64,000 bases of DNA. It comes from Raillietiella orientalis. Lineage: Eukaryota. The notes beneath the pieces are model-generated. The model ran no database searches, had not been told where the DNA came from, and saw nothing but the letters and a program-made list of their open reading frames with translations. This document shows, piece by piece, positions 40,811 to 53,076 of this stretch (positions are counted from its first letter, which is position 1; each line of letters opens with the position of its first letter). Where the stretch lies: contig JAYWIR010000028.1 in assembly GCA_036172245.1 (NCBI GenBank), positions 434,001-498,000 of the forward strand. The letters run 5' to 3'. The translations under genes and the position numbers were made by a program.

Positions 40811-42552
40811 ATGCCTCAAGATTTGATCGATGAAGTCGGCATTTCACGGATTCGTTCCGTGCCTGAACTGCATTCCCTGAACGGTGACCCAGCGGATGGT
40901 TTTCACAACCAAACATTTGCAAAAGTCGGGTCTGATACTTTTGTATCAGCAGATAATAGAGTCAGTTGGCTGGAAAATGCAAGATATCGGTAAATAAATC
41001 TCAGTATTTCCAAAAGTTGCGACAAGAACGTGTAGATGGTCTTTTTAGAAGCTTGCTGTAATATGCATGTTTTATGCCTGCTAGATTTGCATTTTTGCAT
41101 TACGGTGCGGCGTAAATCACAGTTATGGTTTTATGTTTATTTCTTTGTAAGTGTCTAACATCTGCTTATGTGTTTATTCGCATTTTCTATATAGAAATTT
41201 TTTGTATGGTAATTTGTGTAAACAGTCGCTTCTCGGGAATGATGAACTGGAGAAAGCATTTCCTGAGAAGACAATGCGAGTGTTTATTGGTACATGGAAT
41301 ATGAATGGTCAGGTAAATCTGTAACTAGTAATTGTATTATGTATAAAATAATTCTTCACTCATGTTAGCAAGTGAATAAGGATCTCAATGATTTTTTACT
41401 GCCTCAAGATATATTAGAAATGCCACATGTGTATTGTATTGGAATACAAGAATGTGTCATATCTATAAAAGACTGGGAAATACAGATTCAAGAAACATTA
41501 GGACCTACTCATGTGTTGATTGATTCTGTAGCTCTTGGTAATCTTCATCTTTCCTTGTTTGTATGTAGAGAATTGATTTGGTTTTGTTCAGGTAATAGTT
41601 GGATTATTCATTCTTATATAGTGCTTTCATCTGATTTCCCAAATAGTGCCTAAAACATTGGTTCACAGTACTCGTCATGGTCGTATTAAGCGTACAAAAG
41701 GATCTGTAGCCATAGCTATTACCTTTTTTGGATCACATTTTCTTTTTGTGAATTGTCATCTGTCAGCACATTTAGAAGGTGTGACACAAAGAATTCAGGA
41801 TTATCAACAGATCTTACAGGCTTTATCATCCTTGAGACCTCATGGCATGCATGTCCATAAAGGTGGTTACGCATCATCACTGACTTACCACTGACTTGCT
41901 ACATCAGATGTGTCAACTTTTTATGATGTTGTGTTCTGGTTTGGAGACTTAAATTTTCGTTTAAAATGTAAGCGAAATTTGCTGAGTGATTCTGCATGGT
42001 CAGAACCTTCTCCTGAAGATCGCAACAAAATTCTGCAGTTTGATCAACTTGGACATTTATCCAAAAAAGGTGCTGTTTTGTACCAAGAATTGTTACATTC
42101 CAGTCCTTAGGTGTTATTTTCTCAGGATTTGAGGAGCCACCAATCTTGTTTCCCCCCACTTATTGCTACAATGTGGGCACCTGTGATTTGGATTCTTCTG
42201 AGAAAAAAAGGGTCCCTGCATACACTGACCGTATTTTATTTCGACAGCGTGATGTCGGTGGTGTTCTCAATCTTCAGTACAGCACTGCTCACAGCATATG
42301 CATGTCAGATCACAAACCAGTTTGGGGTTTATTTAAAGTAAAGTTGAGACCTGGAAAAGATGCGTGAGTTCCAGCTTAAATTTCCTGGAGAAAACTCACA
42401 ATTTGCACTCTAGGATTCCCATGAATGCAGGCTTATTCCATAGAGATGTGTATGTGGAAGGTATGAAGCATCGTCAAGCTACTCCCCAACCTGTGTGTAT
42501 TCCCAGGAAAAGAAATGTTATTGTCCAGTCATCAGTGTGTTGCATACAATAA
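40811..42552 (+). CDS. INPP5E: Inositol polyphosphate 5-phosphatase E, at least 429 aa; exons 40811-40989, 41195-41312, 41369-41591, 41647-41862, 41908-42069, 42111-42363, 42414-42552 (true start may lie upstream, e.g. 40558)
   Basis: Motifs LLG.DELEKAFPE..VFIGTWNMNG, IGIQE, WEIQIQETLGPTHV, TKGSV, NCHL.AH, VFWFGDLNFRL, RVPAYTDRILF, SDHKPV and IPMNAGLF.RDVY.EG, plus a C-terminal CaaX (CCIQ). All splice phases are consistent. Confidence 0.95.
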
Positions 42553-42808
42553 AACTACTCTAAGTATTGGGAACACAAAACATAGTGGGATGTAACACAA
42601 CATTGATATTACTTTGTTTGTACCTTTGATGAATGTTTTCTTCTTTAAAGACCAACATTTGCATTGGGAGTAGGGTGTGGGAAAATTTATAAGGATCCTC
42701 AGCTGCATCACCAATTTTCTTTATGGAGATGTATTTCAGTTTCTGTTTTAATCCATATATCTGGTGAAGTCTGTTTTGCACTTGGTATAATTACCAGTGG
42801 GTAAACTG

Positions 42809-45187
42809 ATGAGTGGACCTGTGGATCTCAAGATTGTGCTTCTGGGGAGAGAATATACTGGAAAGACATGTTTAGTGGAACGATATCTATGTGGTCGATT
42901 CCGTGATGCTGTACCACACGAAACTGCAAGTAAATTTCATTCCCTTTACTTCAAGTAAATTTCATCCCCTTCCATGTTGGCACATGCAGTTGTCAAAGTG
43001 TTTAGCAAGTGGAACTCTTTTGATTTTTTGGCATGCAAATAGGGTAGCATTCTTAATCTACTATTTGTTTAGAAGATTATTTGCGTCATCCTTTGTTGAA
43101 AGATAAGTTTTTAGTGTCAGATGTTTTGAATTTCCCATATCAGATGCATATAAGGTACCAAAGGGTTGGTAGGGTGTCATAGCACTTTGGGTTGTCTTAG
43201 GTGAATGTATAAGTACTATTAAGGATGTAATTGAGACAGTATTAGCTGTTCTGGAATCATCTATGCCATTAATGTTTATAACATGCAACAGGGAAACAAA
43301 AACAGTTTGGTATGTATTGATAAATTTATCCAATTGAATCGTTTTTGCCTAGAATTATGAGAGTGTTTTTTATTTTTAATGTTGTGTCATCTTTTGGTTT
43401 ATGTAAGTAGAAGCATATTAGGTTCTCCAGAAAATTTAAAAACTTGTTCTCGAAAGATTTTCTAATCTGTTTAGTGATAATGTATGGATTACTGGATCAC
43501 TTCAATATTGTTTAAACGAATAAAAGCAATAATATTTTTTTTAAAGAATTAAAGCAAGAGTTAATAATAAGTTTCCTGTGGGGGAAAGGGGGATGTTATA
43601 AATGTTATAAAACTTTTTTTTTGTCCCTTCCTACTTTGGGTATCTATACAATACCTCTATATATTATTTCAGTCTTATATAATTCCTTAGTATCCATTCA
43701 AAATACAGCTCAGTTCTATTTGGTCCAGCTAATTAGTTTTGATTGCATCCAGGTGCTATTCAAAGTAAATATCATGGAATTATAAGAGCAAAGATAAAAG
43801 TGAATTCTAGTCCATCAGACTGTATATCTGATGAGAAAGTAAATGCATACATAAGTACTAGTTACAGCATACATATGTAACCAATATGGCACATGTATCT
43901 ATCAAATTGGTAACTGTGGAACTGAGCTCACCATTAGGTTGAAAGATTTTGCATCCCACCTTTCCATTAGAAAGACAAGAGAAGGTATGATGTGTAAAAC
44001 AAAAGATTTTACTCCTAACAGAAATAACTTGTACAAATGCATTTTTTTTCTCTTGGCTAGTGGAGACTGCAAAAAATGTGTTCAATATTGAAAAACTTTC
44101 GTGGGTCTTGACCGAAAATCAAAAATGATTTTTTTTGTAAAAAAGAAAAAAAAATTCGTCATAACATATCACTGTTCTTCATAACATGTTTATGAAAAAA
44201 ATCAGGTTTTTTGTACTTTGATGAGATAGTCGAAAGGAAATTAACAAGGAACACCTCAGTGCAAAGATACACTGAAACCACTGTAATCCCTCACTGAAAC
44301 AAAATGCATTATAAAAAGCAAATGCGTGTATAGGAAATACAGAGCATTTGAATAATTAGAATGTTTAGTTGCAGTCTTGAAACTATGTGCCATCTGTCAT
44401 TACTCATGGTCTGCGGCTGCTTTTCCAAATTGTCACTCTATTGTATTCTGATTTACTAATCGTAATTCAAATTTTTTGATCAATCTATTAATATTGATGC
44501 CATCCATATATATGCTGGTCTCCTGCAGACTATTGGTGGTATATTTGTCTGCAGATCGGTAAATGCAAATGGAAAGCGTGTCAAATTAGGTATCTGGGAT
44601 ACAGCTGGATGTGAAAGGTAGTGCACTGTAATTTTCTTGTTGCTTTTCTACAATAACTTTAGGTATCAAGCTCTGAGTCGCCTATACTACAGAAATGCAT
44701 GGGCAGCAATTGTGTGTGTTGACTTGAGTGCTCTGGGCAGCATTTCCAAAGCACGTTTATGGATCAATGAATTGTGGGCTTATGAACAGGTGTATGTGGA
44801 GCACTTATTATAATGAATAATAGCTTTTCTTTAGAACTGTAAAGTGTATTTATGTGGCACAAAATGTGATCTTTTAGAGGAAGATAGTACTGCAGAGGAA
44901 ACTCTTCAGAAATTAGCAGCAGGTAGTAGCTATTATAAAAGTATTACTTACTGTTCTCACCAGAGTTTTGTTGCCCTGTGTTCAAGACTTCTAGCAAACT
45001 GGATTTAGGCGTAGGTCAGTAACACTAGTCTTGAAAGAGTATCATTAGTTTTTCGTCAGCAGATGAGCTTTTTCAGAACATTGTATTGGACTTTGTGAAA
45101 TGCCAGCCTAATGAGCATTTTGCATTGGCATCTGAAGGTACTGTTCGGTTAACAAGTCAATCAAAAAACTACTGTTGCCAACTGTGA
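42809..45187 (+). CDS. RAB24: Ras-related protein Rab-24-like, 198 aa; exons 42809-42925, 44529-44617, 44663-44789, 44835-44922, 44964-45014, 45063-45187
   Basis: VDLKIVLLGREYTGKTCLVERY, LGIWDTAGCERY, AAIVC.DL, CKVYLCGTKCDLLEED, TSSK, VDELFQ and C-terminal CCQL. It shows Rab24-type features (G.EY.GKT, TK.D instead of NK.D, no catalytic Gln). The first intron needs a GC donor. AATAAA at 45387. Confidence 0.9.
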
Positions 45188-45724
45188 GCTGAAAGTGAAC
45201 TTTTTGCCTGCATTCATTTTTTTGTGACCAAAGTTTTTGTTCATTACCGATGTATCTGCCAGATTAGCACACAAATCATGCAATCTTTGTATTCAGTCCA
45301 ATTTATATGTGTGGCTAAGATGCATAGTGGCCAATATACAGGAGATTGATTTTTAAGTATTTTTATTAGTCATGATAGTGTTCATGAATAAAAATAGTAT
45401 TATTTTCTGTAAATACTTTTTAGTTCAGTGTCACAGCAAACTGCATTGAAAGAGCACATTACCTGTAATTGCTGTCACTTTTGTGCAAAACATTATGTAT
45501 TTTTAGTTAAGACACGGGAAAAAACTGTCTTTCAAATTAAATACATCAGTTTTTCTCTCACACATTGGAATGGTTGCAATCTCAATAATTTGTAGATATC
45601 AGCTATAGTGATCCAATAAAAATTTGCATGCTGGAGAGTAATATTGGTTAGGCATTTCCCTAAGTAGGATGTTTGATTTACGTTCACAACATTTTTCTGA
45701 ATATGTGGAAAAAGCAATTTTAAA

Positions 45725-45759
45725 CTGAAATATGAATGCTCTGGACATTCATATTTCAG
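45725..45759. repeat. Perfect 14-bp hairpin with 7-nt loop
   Basis: CTGAAATATGAATG-ctctgga-CATTCATATTTCAG. Confidence 0.9.
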
Positions 45760-47371
45760 ATTAGTGGTGAACTGATTTCAAAGCTCAAAAGACAATCCAT
45801 TTGTTTCGAGGACTACAACTGTTTAGATTTATTGCTTACATCGCATCCATATCCTGGAAGCAAACTAAGTCTTGAGTGTTTTTACCAATCATAAACCGTG
45901 CTACGTTTAGCATACATACATTAACGGCGTCTGCATGTGTGAGGAAAATCTCTGCTTATTCGGATATCGTTGGCACTAAAGGATAAAATTATGTAAAAAA
46001 AGAAAAGAAAATCCTCCCGTTCTGCCTATTTTCGATTTTCAATCCGCAAACGGTGGCATGGGATCGGCAGGATGGTTTTGAGGATTCACTCGAAACGGAA
46101 TCGCCTATCCGACTCAAAAAGCGCGTTAACGCGCGCTCGTCTTTCACGCCCACGATAGTCCCAGAAAGCATGCAGTGAGCCCAACACCGTTTAATTCATT
46201 TTATTATTATTATTATTATTCTTTCAGCACTGGAAAGGAAAGGAAAACATTATAATGTACACCGAAAAAATAATCACTTTACAGAAATTAGTTTACTTAA
46301 GTTACCCAACGTAAGTAAAAGACAGTTGCAGAAGCAGGTTTAAGAAGTAAAGATGAAAGAAAAATCAATTTCTTGAAATCATTTTAAATCTGTTTTATGG
46401 AACTTGTTTCCGAAACGAATCCGTACGGAATAAAAATGAGTAATTAATTAATGAGGAGACGAAATAAAAACTTTTCAAGAGTTTCTGTATGGTGCATGTT
46501 GCATTTAAGGTATTTCAAAATGAAAATGGAAGAATGCGATTTTTTTAATCAAATTTTTTTAGACTCATGTTAAATACAAAAGGTGTTGCAATAATTCATG
46601 AGTATTACAAATGTAAATGAACACATGCAAATCTTTTTAAAGTAAGGCGAACAAACCCCCAAAGTCCATGCTTTTTTTTCTTTTTTTTTCTTTTTAAGGA
46701 CATTGAACATTTGTGCACGAAGACGAGAGTTAGAAGCTGCCGCTGATAAAATCCGTGACAATCAAGGTAATGATTTGAATTTTAAGTGTGCTGATTCCGT
46801 AGTATTCCTGAGGACACTAGCGAGCACCTGTGAACACAATGCTAGTGGGATTAGGGCTGAAAATTCGTACTCATAAAGCCAGGATTATTCAATCCAAGAT
46901 TCTGCAGAACTAGAGGAACAAAGGTTTCAAGCAGAGGAAGCACTCAAGCATCTGGGAGTCTCTCTTTTCCGCGACAACCTCGCTCCATTATAGTGGAATC
47001 AAATACATAAACCAAAGCCTTTCACTTTACGGAGCAGGGAGGCTGTGGAGTGGGGTTCTCATGCCCAAAATAGACTCCATGTAGCATTCGAAACGGACGA
47101 TAATGGCTTGCAGAAGGCTACCAGGTGAACTGGTAGACTGGACACGGAAAAAATCAAGATCAGATGAGATGCATCTGCAGATCTGAGGAAGAAGGTGAAC
47201 TTGACACGAAACGGACCAAGCATGCCATCGAAATAAAGCAGATTAGAGACATCGTAATCTGCTTCATAGAAGACTGTTATGAATGGTCTTAGGCGGTACA
47301 TAGAGAATATGCTAAGATTATGAGTAAAAGCCAAGGACTATGATAAAAAAAAAAAGAGGAGGAAAATAATA

Positions 47372-47422
47372 AGGATCGATGTTCTTCCTTTGTTAAACAG
47401 ACAAAGGAAGAACATCAATCCT
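47372..47422. repeat. 22-bp hairpin (1 mismatch) with 7-nt loop
   Basis: AGGATcGATGTTCTTCCTTTGT-taaacag-ACAAAGGAAGAACATCaATCCT. Confidence 0.9.
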
Positions 47423-47499
47423 ACATGGAAGAGCAAACAAGATGATATGGATAGAGCATCTAAAGGAAATGCCAAAAATGACCCTGGGATGAAGAACTG

Positions 47500-47990
47500 T
47501 AACGATTGAAAATGAGTGCACAACCGACGTCAGCAAGTCTGAGGGCGAAAAAGCACACATGAAAATAGAAAGCGCCAAGGAACGGGCATCAGAGTACACA
47601 TTCATCTTGCAAAACAGAGAGCATAATTCTTCCACAAAAAAAAAAAAAAGCTAGGTATAAGGAAACGAGAAAAAAAAGGAATGAAAAAATCAGACGAGAA
47701 AAAACATTCATAATGATTCAAATGAGAAAATATCGATGATGAAGATATAGAAAAATGGAGAAGACAACTTCCAGTGCTTAGTACACCACCAGAAGCAACC
47801 GGCACCACACTATAAAAAACGATGCTTCCACCACATATACTGGAAACGCTATTTCTCTTTGATCGTTCAGATTTAGAATGTGAAAAGAAACGGAAGCGTC
47901 GGTCTCAAAACCTTGCAGATGAGTGTTTGCTTAACATGCGGAGAGACTGAGACTCAAATGTACGTCTTCATCTCCAAGCCACATGGAGCC
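47500..47990 (+). mobile_element. Possible RTE-like LINE relic
   Basis: DVSKSEGEKAHMKIESAK (cf. I...EV.KAL.KMK.GKA), EKWRRQLPVL (cf. PEEWR.S..VPI) and YVFI. Confidence 0.25.
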
Positions 47991-50900
47991 ACATGGGAGA
48001 AGCATCAGGAGAAGCGAGACGCAAGAAGAGTTTTTCCCCTGTGATCAATGTTTTGGAACTGTAATTTGAGCAAACCTGTGGAGCGTTTGTTAATGACACT
48101 GGCTGGCACATCAAGTATTCACCAAATGTCACCCGTATTTTTGTTGGGGTTGTTCCTTACGCATAGCGCTAATAAAAGTTCAATCACATCTTACAGTGAG
48201 TGAAATTCGATTTTATGAATATTTGTTTCAGCAGCAGGGATTATCAAGTAGGTACCCATGCATTGTAGTGAATTTTTGTGTCGCACCAAAAGCGCAAGCA
48301 TCAGGATTCTTGTAGAAAAAGGCACAGCACGAGCTTTTAATTCAAGATTTGTGAATAGCACCTCAAGAGTTACATATATGTCACATATTCGCAGCATTGC
48401 GATGTATAAATTGCTAGAAAAGAAAGGAAAGCATCTGAGAACTCAATCGATGCAGCTTTCCCTTTTTGATGAGTCCTGGATTCGGACCACGGCGCTACTC
48501 GGGTTGCACAAGCATCCCCTCCAAATATCTTGCCTTCTTCCAAAATATATTGAGGAATGGGTTTCGATCTTTCAATTCATGGGTATGTAATCTGTTGGTC
48601 AAATGTTGGAACAGGCGCTTGTGAGCTTATGGTCATTCCTCCATGTATAAGAAAATATCGAAACCGGCAATGTACGGGACCGGATCTGGCACGGTTGTGA
48701 TGCACGATGCTTTCCACTATATTTCGAGTTGCTACAGATTTCTGGAAGATGTCTATCAGGATTTCACGGGTGTTTCTTGAACTTTTCTTCTACCGAATAA
48801 TATAGGTTTCAGCCGCTTCCTAATGCGGTGCTTGGCATTTTGAATCACAATTTCCTTTTTCTGAGATTTGACTTTGCGGTGGCGCCACTTGGCGTTTCCC
48901 TGACGACGCTCTTCGATTCGCATGAGAAATTCCTCGAATCCTGAAAATTCAGTTGGGATTATCGGTTCACGTTGTAAGTTGGAAACATCGTTGCATTTAC
49001 GTAACTGCTTCTTCAAACTGTTGCATTTAGCTTGTGCTTTAAATTGCTTCCTACGCAGTGTACATAAATGTACTTTGCATGGGAAGCAGGAACGTCGTTT
49101 TAAAACATGAAAAAGTGTGACATGCAAATGTAAAATGAAATGGAATGATTCGCTTTTCTTTTTTTCCTTTATCGAAACGTGAAATCGTCAACTGATATGA
49201 AATTTCGTCGGACAAGTGCTGCCTTATCACTGGAACCAAACAAGGAACCGCAGCGACTCCTCCTCCTGGAGAAACTCTGGATCTCTGGCTCGAGACGAGC
49301 CTCTGCAGCATCCTCGCGTTTCCGCTATGTTTTACGGTGCTGCCGGATTGCAGCAGCACGTATTTTCCAAATGGGAAGAAATCCGTCGCCGGATTGCCAC
49401 TTCGTGAAACCTGTCGTGTGCCCGTGTGAGATTCCCGGTTGTTTAGCAGGCGCTACTGCCTACCTAAGCGTCCCCACTATTGGGAGGGCACAAAGGACTC
49501 GAAAGGACAAGGCGTCCTTGGGATGCATCGTTTGTGCCCCTCGGTAACGCTGATCGATGCGAACAGGGAAGAACGGAGGCGAAAGCGTTTTCTCTCTTTC
49601 TCTCTCTCTCTCTCCGATGCGGCGGAAACGCCGATGGATCGAATCCCAAATCTCCGCGCGCAACGTGAACGATGGATTATACGAATCGCGCGATTCAGTG
49701 TACACCTACGTACATCAAGGTGGGTTCATACCTGCTGTACAACTGACGGGCATTCGGGTGTCAAAGGCTCCTTCCATGAAAAATTGCGAACTGGTGAAGA
49801 AGCACTGAGGGTTCGATGTGTTTCGATTCACCGCGTAGAAAACGCTTTATCTTACGGAACGTGGCATCCCTATTTACGTGCTACGTGATGGTGGCCCTGC
49901 CAAATTTGTGGACGCATTTTTCATCCACGGTTGCCCCTGGATAAAAGACCTCAGTCGGGATGGTATGAGGCGACGGAAATGCACTAAACCTGAATTCCGT
50001 TGGGATTAGACAGAAAGTTTACGTATTGCATTTCGAAAGCCGACCTGAGGGAAAGCACGTGAGATGAACATCATATAGCCGTCCACTTATCAGTCTCTCT
50101 CTCTCTCTCTCACGTTGGTGCACTTTTGCGTGTTTACTGCTAACATTCTCCTGTGGCCAGGGACTACGCTGACGGGGATATTCACAATCCAGAGCTCTGC
50201 AATTCAGGATTCCATCTTAATTAAAGTTTGCGCACCTCGGCTTCTGTTCTGCACTCATCCTGCACGGTTTACAGCTCAGCTTATGTACGTACGTTCAGAA
50301 CAAGCAAGTACTAAGGATCACGCCGGGATGATTCCTTCAATCGCTGCCTCCTGTGAGGCAAATGCTGTTTCTGGTTGCAGTTGCGCTCTATTGGTGAAGA
50401 CTGGTGCTACCTGGTAACAAAAAGTGGGGATCTGTGCGATCATTTGTCCTTGCGTGAGGACTTCATTTACAGCAGCTTGCAACGAATGCAACCGCGACTC
50501 CGATGTGCTGACTTCCGGGGAAAGGAAAAAAGAAAAACTCCTGACGATGTCCCTTCATCTTGCATAGATTAATACATTACGCTATATAACGCGACCACCA
50601 TCAGTAGGGCATCTCGTATCTCAGGCATGTGTTTCGATGGGTTTCCTCTGAGAACTAGGTAAACCGGTAAGAGGAACACGTGAGAGAAGGGAACAGAATA
50701 ATCACAAGGAACAAGACATGAAGTTCGAGGATGATGATTCTGCCACCAGCTTTCTTAGGTGATGAATCAGTGAGTGCCGCAAAAATTCAGCCATGAAGAA
50801 CACATATGTGCCACGAACATTCGAAGGCTCGAACAGACACATCTCCCCGCAAGTGAAGCAACCTTGTTTTCTTGGGGAAGGGGGGGGGGGATTCCTGCAA

Positions 50901-52062
50901 CGAATACACTTCCTCCGAATGGATCCTTGTTGGTCCGGTGCTTTTGAGATGAGTGCGCAAATAGAAAATCATCTCGCATATCGCTGCATTGAGCACATGC
51001 AGACACGTACATACCTTTGCATGGAATAGTTCGCCTTGCGCCACGGATCCACGCAACCTGGCACAACTGACTGGCATGACATCTTTTTGTTTTGCTTTCC
51101 ATGGTCGCTGAGATGGCTCAAAGCGTTGGCTGCAAAGAAGCCCACTTTGGGTCGTGTGTGTACAATGCAAGTATCGCTGTGTGTTTCACACTGCTACGGA
51201 AAATCAGATTCATCCTTCATGCTTTATCGCGATCCAAAAATCAAGACGGTTCGTCTTACAAGTGGCACCCATTTCATTCGCCAAGAAACCCCCAATCCCT
51301 TCACTCCAGTTTTCCTGAACGGTCAGGACACGAAAGGACTGCTTTTCCCCTTTCGAAACAGACGAGTCGACTCAAACTGGGTTCTTCCTACGTACAAACC
51401 CACGGAACTGGATGCAGGAAGCGCAAAATTCATCAGCTGCAACAGGGAAAAACAGGAAACTGTTTCGGTCTTGTACGATGGAGGACACGAACCCAAACAT
51501 GAGCATCGGGCGTTACTTCAAGGATCACGTTTGAAAAGCGGCCTGGAGCTTACTCTCCGGTCTTTACGGCGTTATTCGTTGCGTCCAGGAAGAAACCTCC
51601 CGTTTTCATTACGAGTGCTGACCCGAGAAAGGGAGGGTCCAACGGGGTGGATCGTTCGAAGGGCAGTATCACAGCAGCTGCTCAGATACAGGGTTCCAGG
51701 ACTCCCATCCCTCGCCTTGCGAAACTTCCACCGAGATGCAAAAACGATCATCTTGAGCGCAGAAGCTGACCATTCGTGTGAACGCCCGTTGCAGAGAAAC
51801 CCAGGCCGCACTCCAGCATGGCTGAATCCTGGCAATTATTCACGAAATACGTGAAGGCCGCTGGGATTGCGCGTGCCTGGAAGCGGATGGCGGGTGGGGA
51901 AGGACGCTCTGCGTTTCGGGGCTCCGCTCCTCCCTCCTCGACGGGCGATCAGCGGGGGGGAGGGGAGCCTCTCACGCAGCTACGTCACGCGCAAGGCACA
52001 CACGCCCCTTTGCGAAAGCGAAAAGAGCGTCGCTTTCTGGCTTGCGTACCGATGGCGAATCC

Positions 52063-52077
52063 ATTCCGGAAGCTTCC
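52063..52077. promoter_or_regulatory. Perfect 3-unit heat shock element (distal)
   Basis: aTTCc-gGAAg-cTTCc. Confidence 0.55.
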
Positions 52078-53076
52078 TGCGTTACCTTGGGCGACCTTGA
52101 GCTCCGACCGTCGAGGCGTTTGGTTGCGCACGGCTCGCTGACACAGCGACCGTCGGAGGGCGTTGCGTGCCGACCGAGCGCCGCCGCAAGCGCGAAGAAA
52201 ATCCGACACAAGTCGTGAAAAACCTGCCGGAGACCGAGGGAAAAACAAAAACAAAGTGTGATCCGTTGCAAGATGCTGCTTCAAAGTTGCAATTTGTTCT
52301 CGTGAGTTTGTGGAATCCAAACGAAGTTCAGACCTTCCTCCTCAGAAGAGTGGCGCTTGGGCCCGCGAGCACCAGTGCTGAGGAATCGCGGTTGGGGGAG
52401 GGAGGGAGCGATTCGTGTTCCCCTGAACACGAATTCACGAATCGCCTTCCCCTCTTCGGCTTCCTGCTCCCTCCCGTGAGGCAAGCGGGCAGGAAGCCCG
52501 AAGCCGCGAAGGATGACCGGCGCGCGCTTGAGCTTCTTTTTTTTTTTTTTTTTTTTTTTTGCGTTTCCTGCTTTTCCGGAAGCAGTGCAGTTTCTTTCTC
52601 ACATCGGATCCCGCGAAAGTCCGGGGGCCGAGGCTCCTGCTGTTCGACGGAAAAGACCGGGGCGGAGAAAAATGATGGGGGAGCGCAGGAGGAACACTCT
52701 GTCCTCCGAGATGGTTTTCTCACGTGCTTGGAAGTTTGGGTGGAAGCTTTGCAGGGCGAGGTCGAGCTTTCCTTCTGGGATCCAATGACAACGCACCAAG
52801 GAGAGGACGTGCACTGGCGGCGCGGCACGGCAACCTCACTCAGCAGTGACGGTTTTCCGGATGCTGCTGTTCAGCCCTTCCTTTCCCTTTCTTTTGCCGT
52901 CCGATCACCTTCACCAAATGCCACAAGATGGCATCTTGCCGAGTGCCTCCCGAACAAGAGACTTCCTGTGCCACCCAAAATACTCCCGCGCGCAGACCCC
53001 TGAAGTAAACCCTCCTTGTGGTGATCCAAAAAAAAAAAAAAAAAGCATCTACAAACTCTACATCTTTTTCCGGTCA

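Noticed and set aside
48100..49130. Possible further LTR integrase relic and a basic 123-aa ORF
   Set aside because: Motif similarity is too faint to call.
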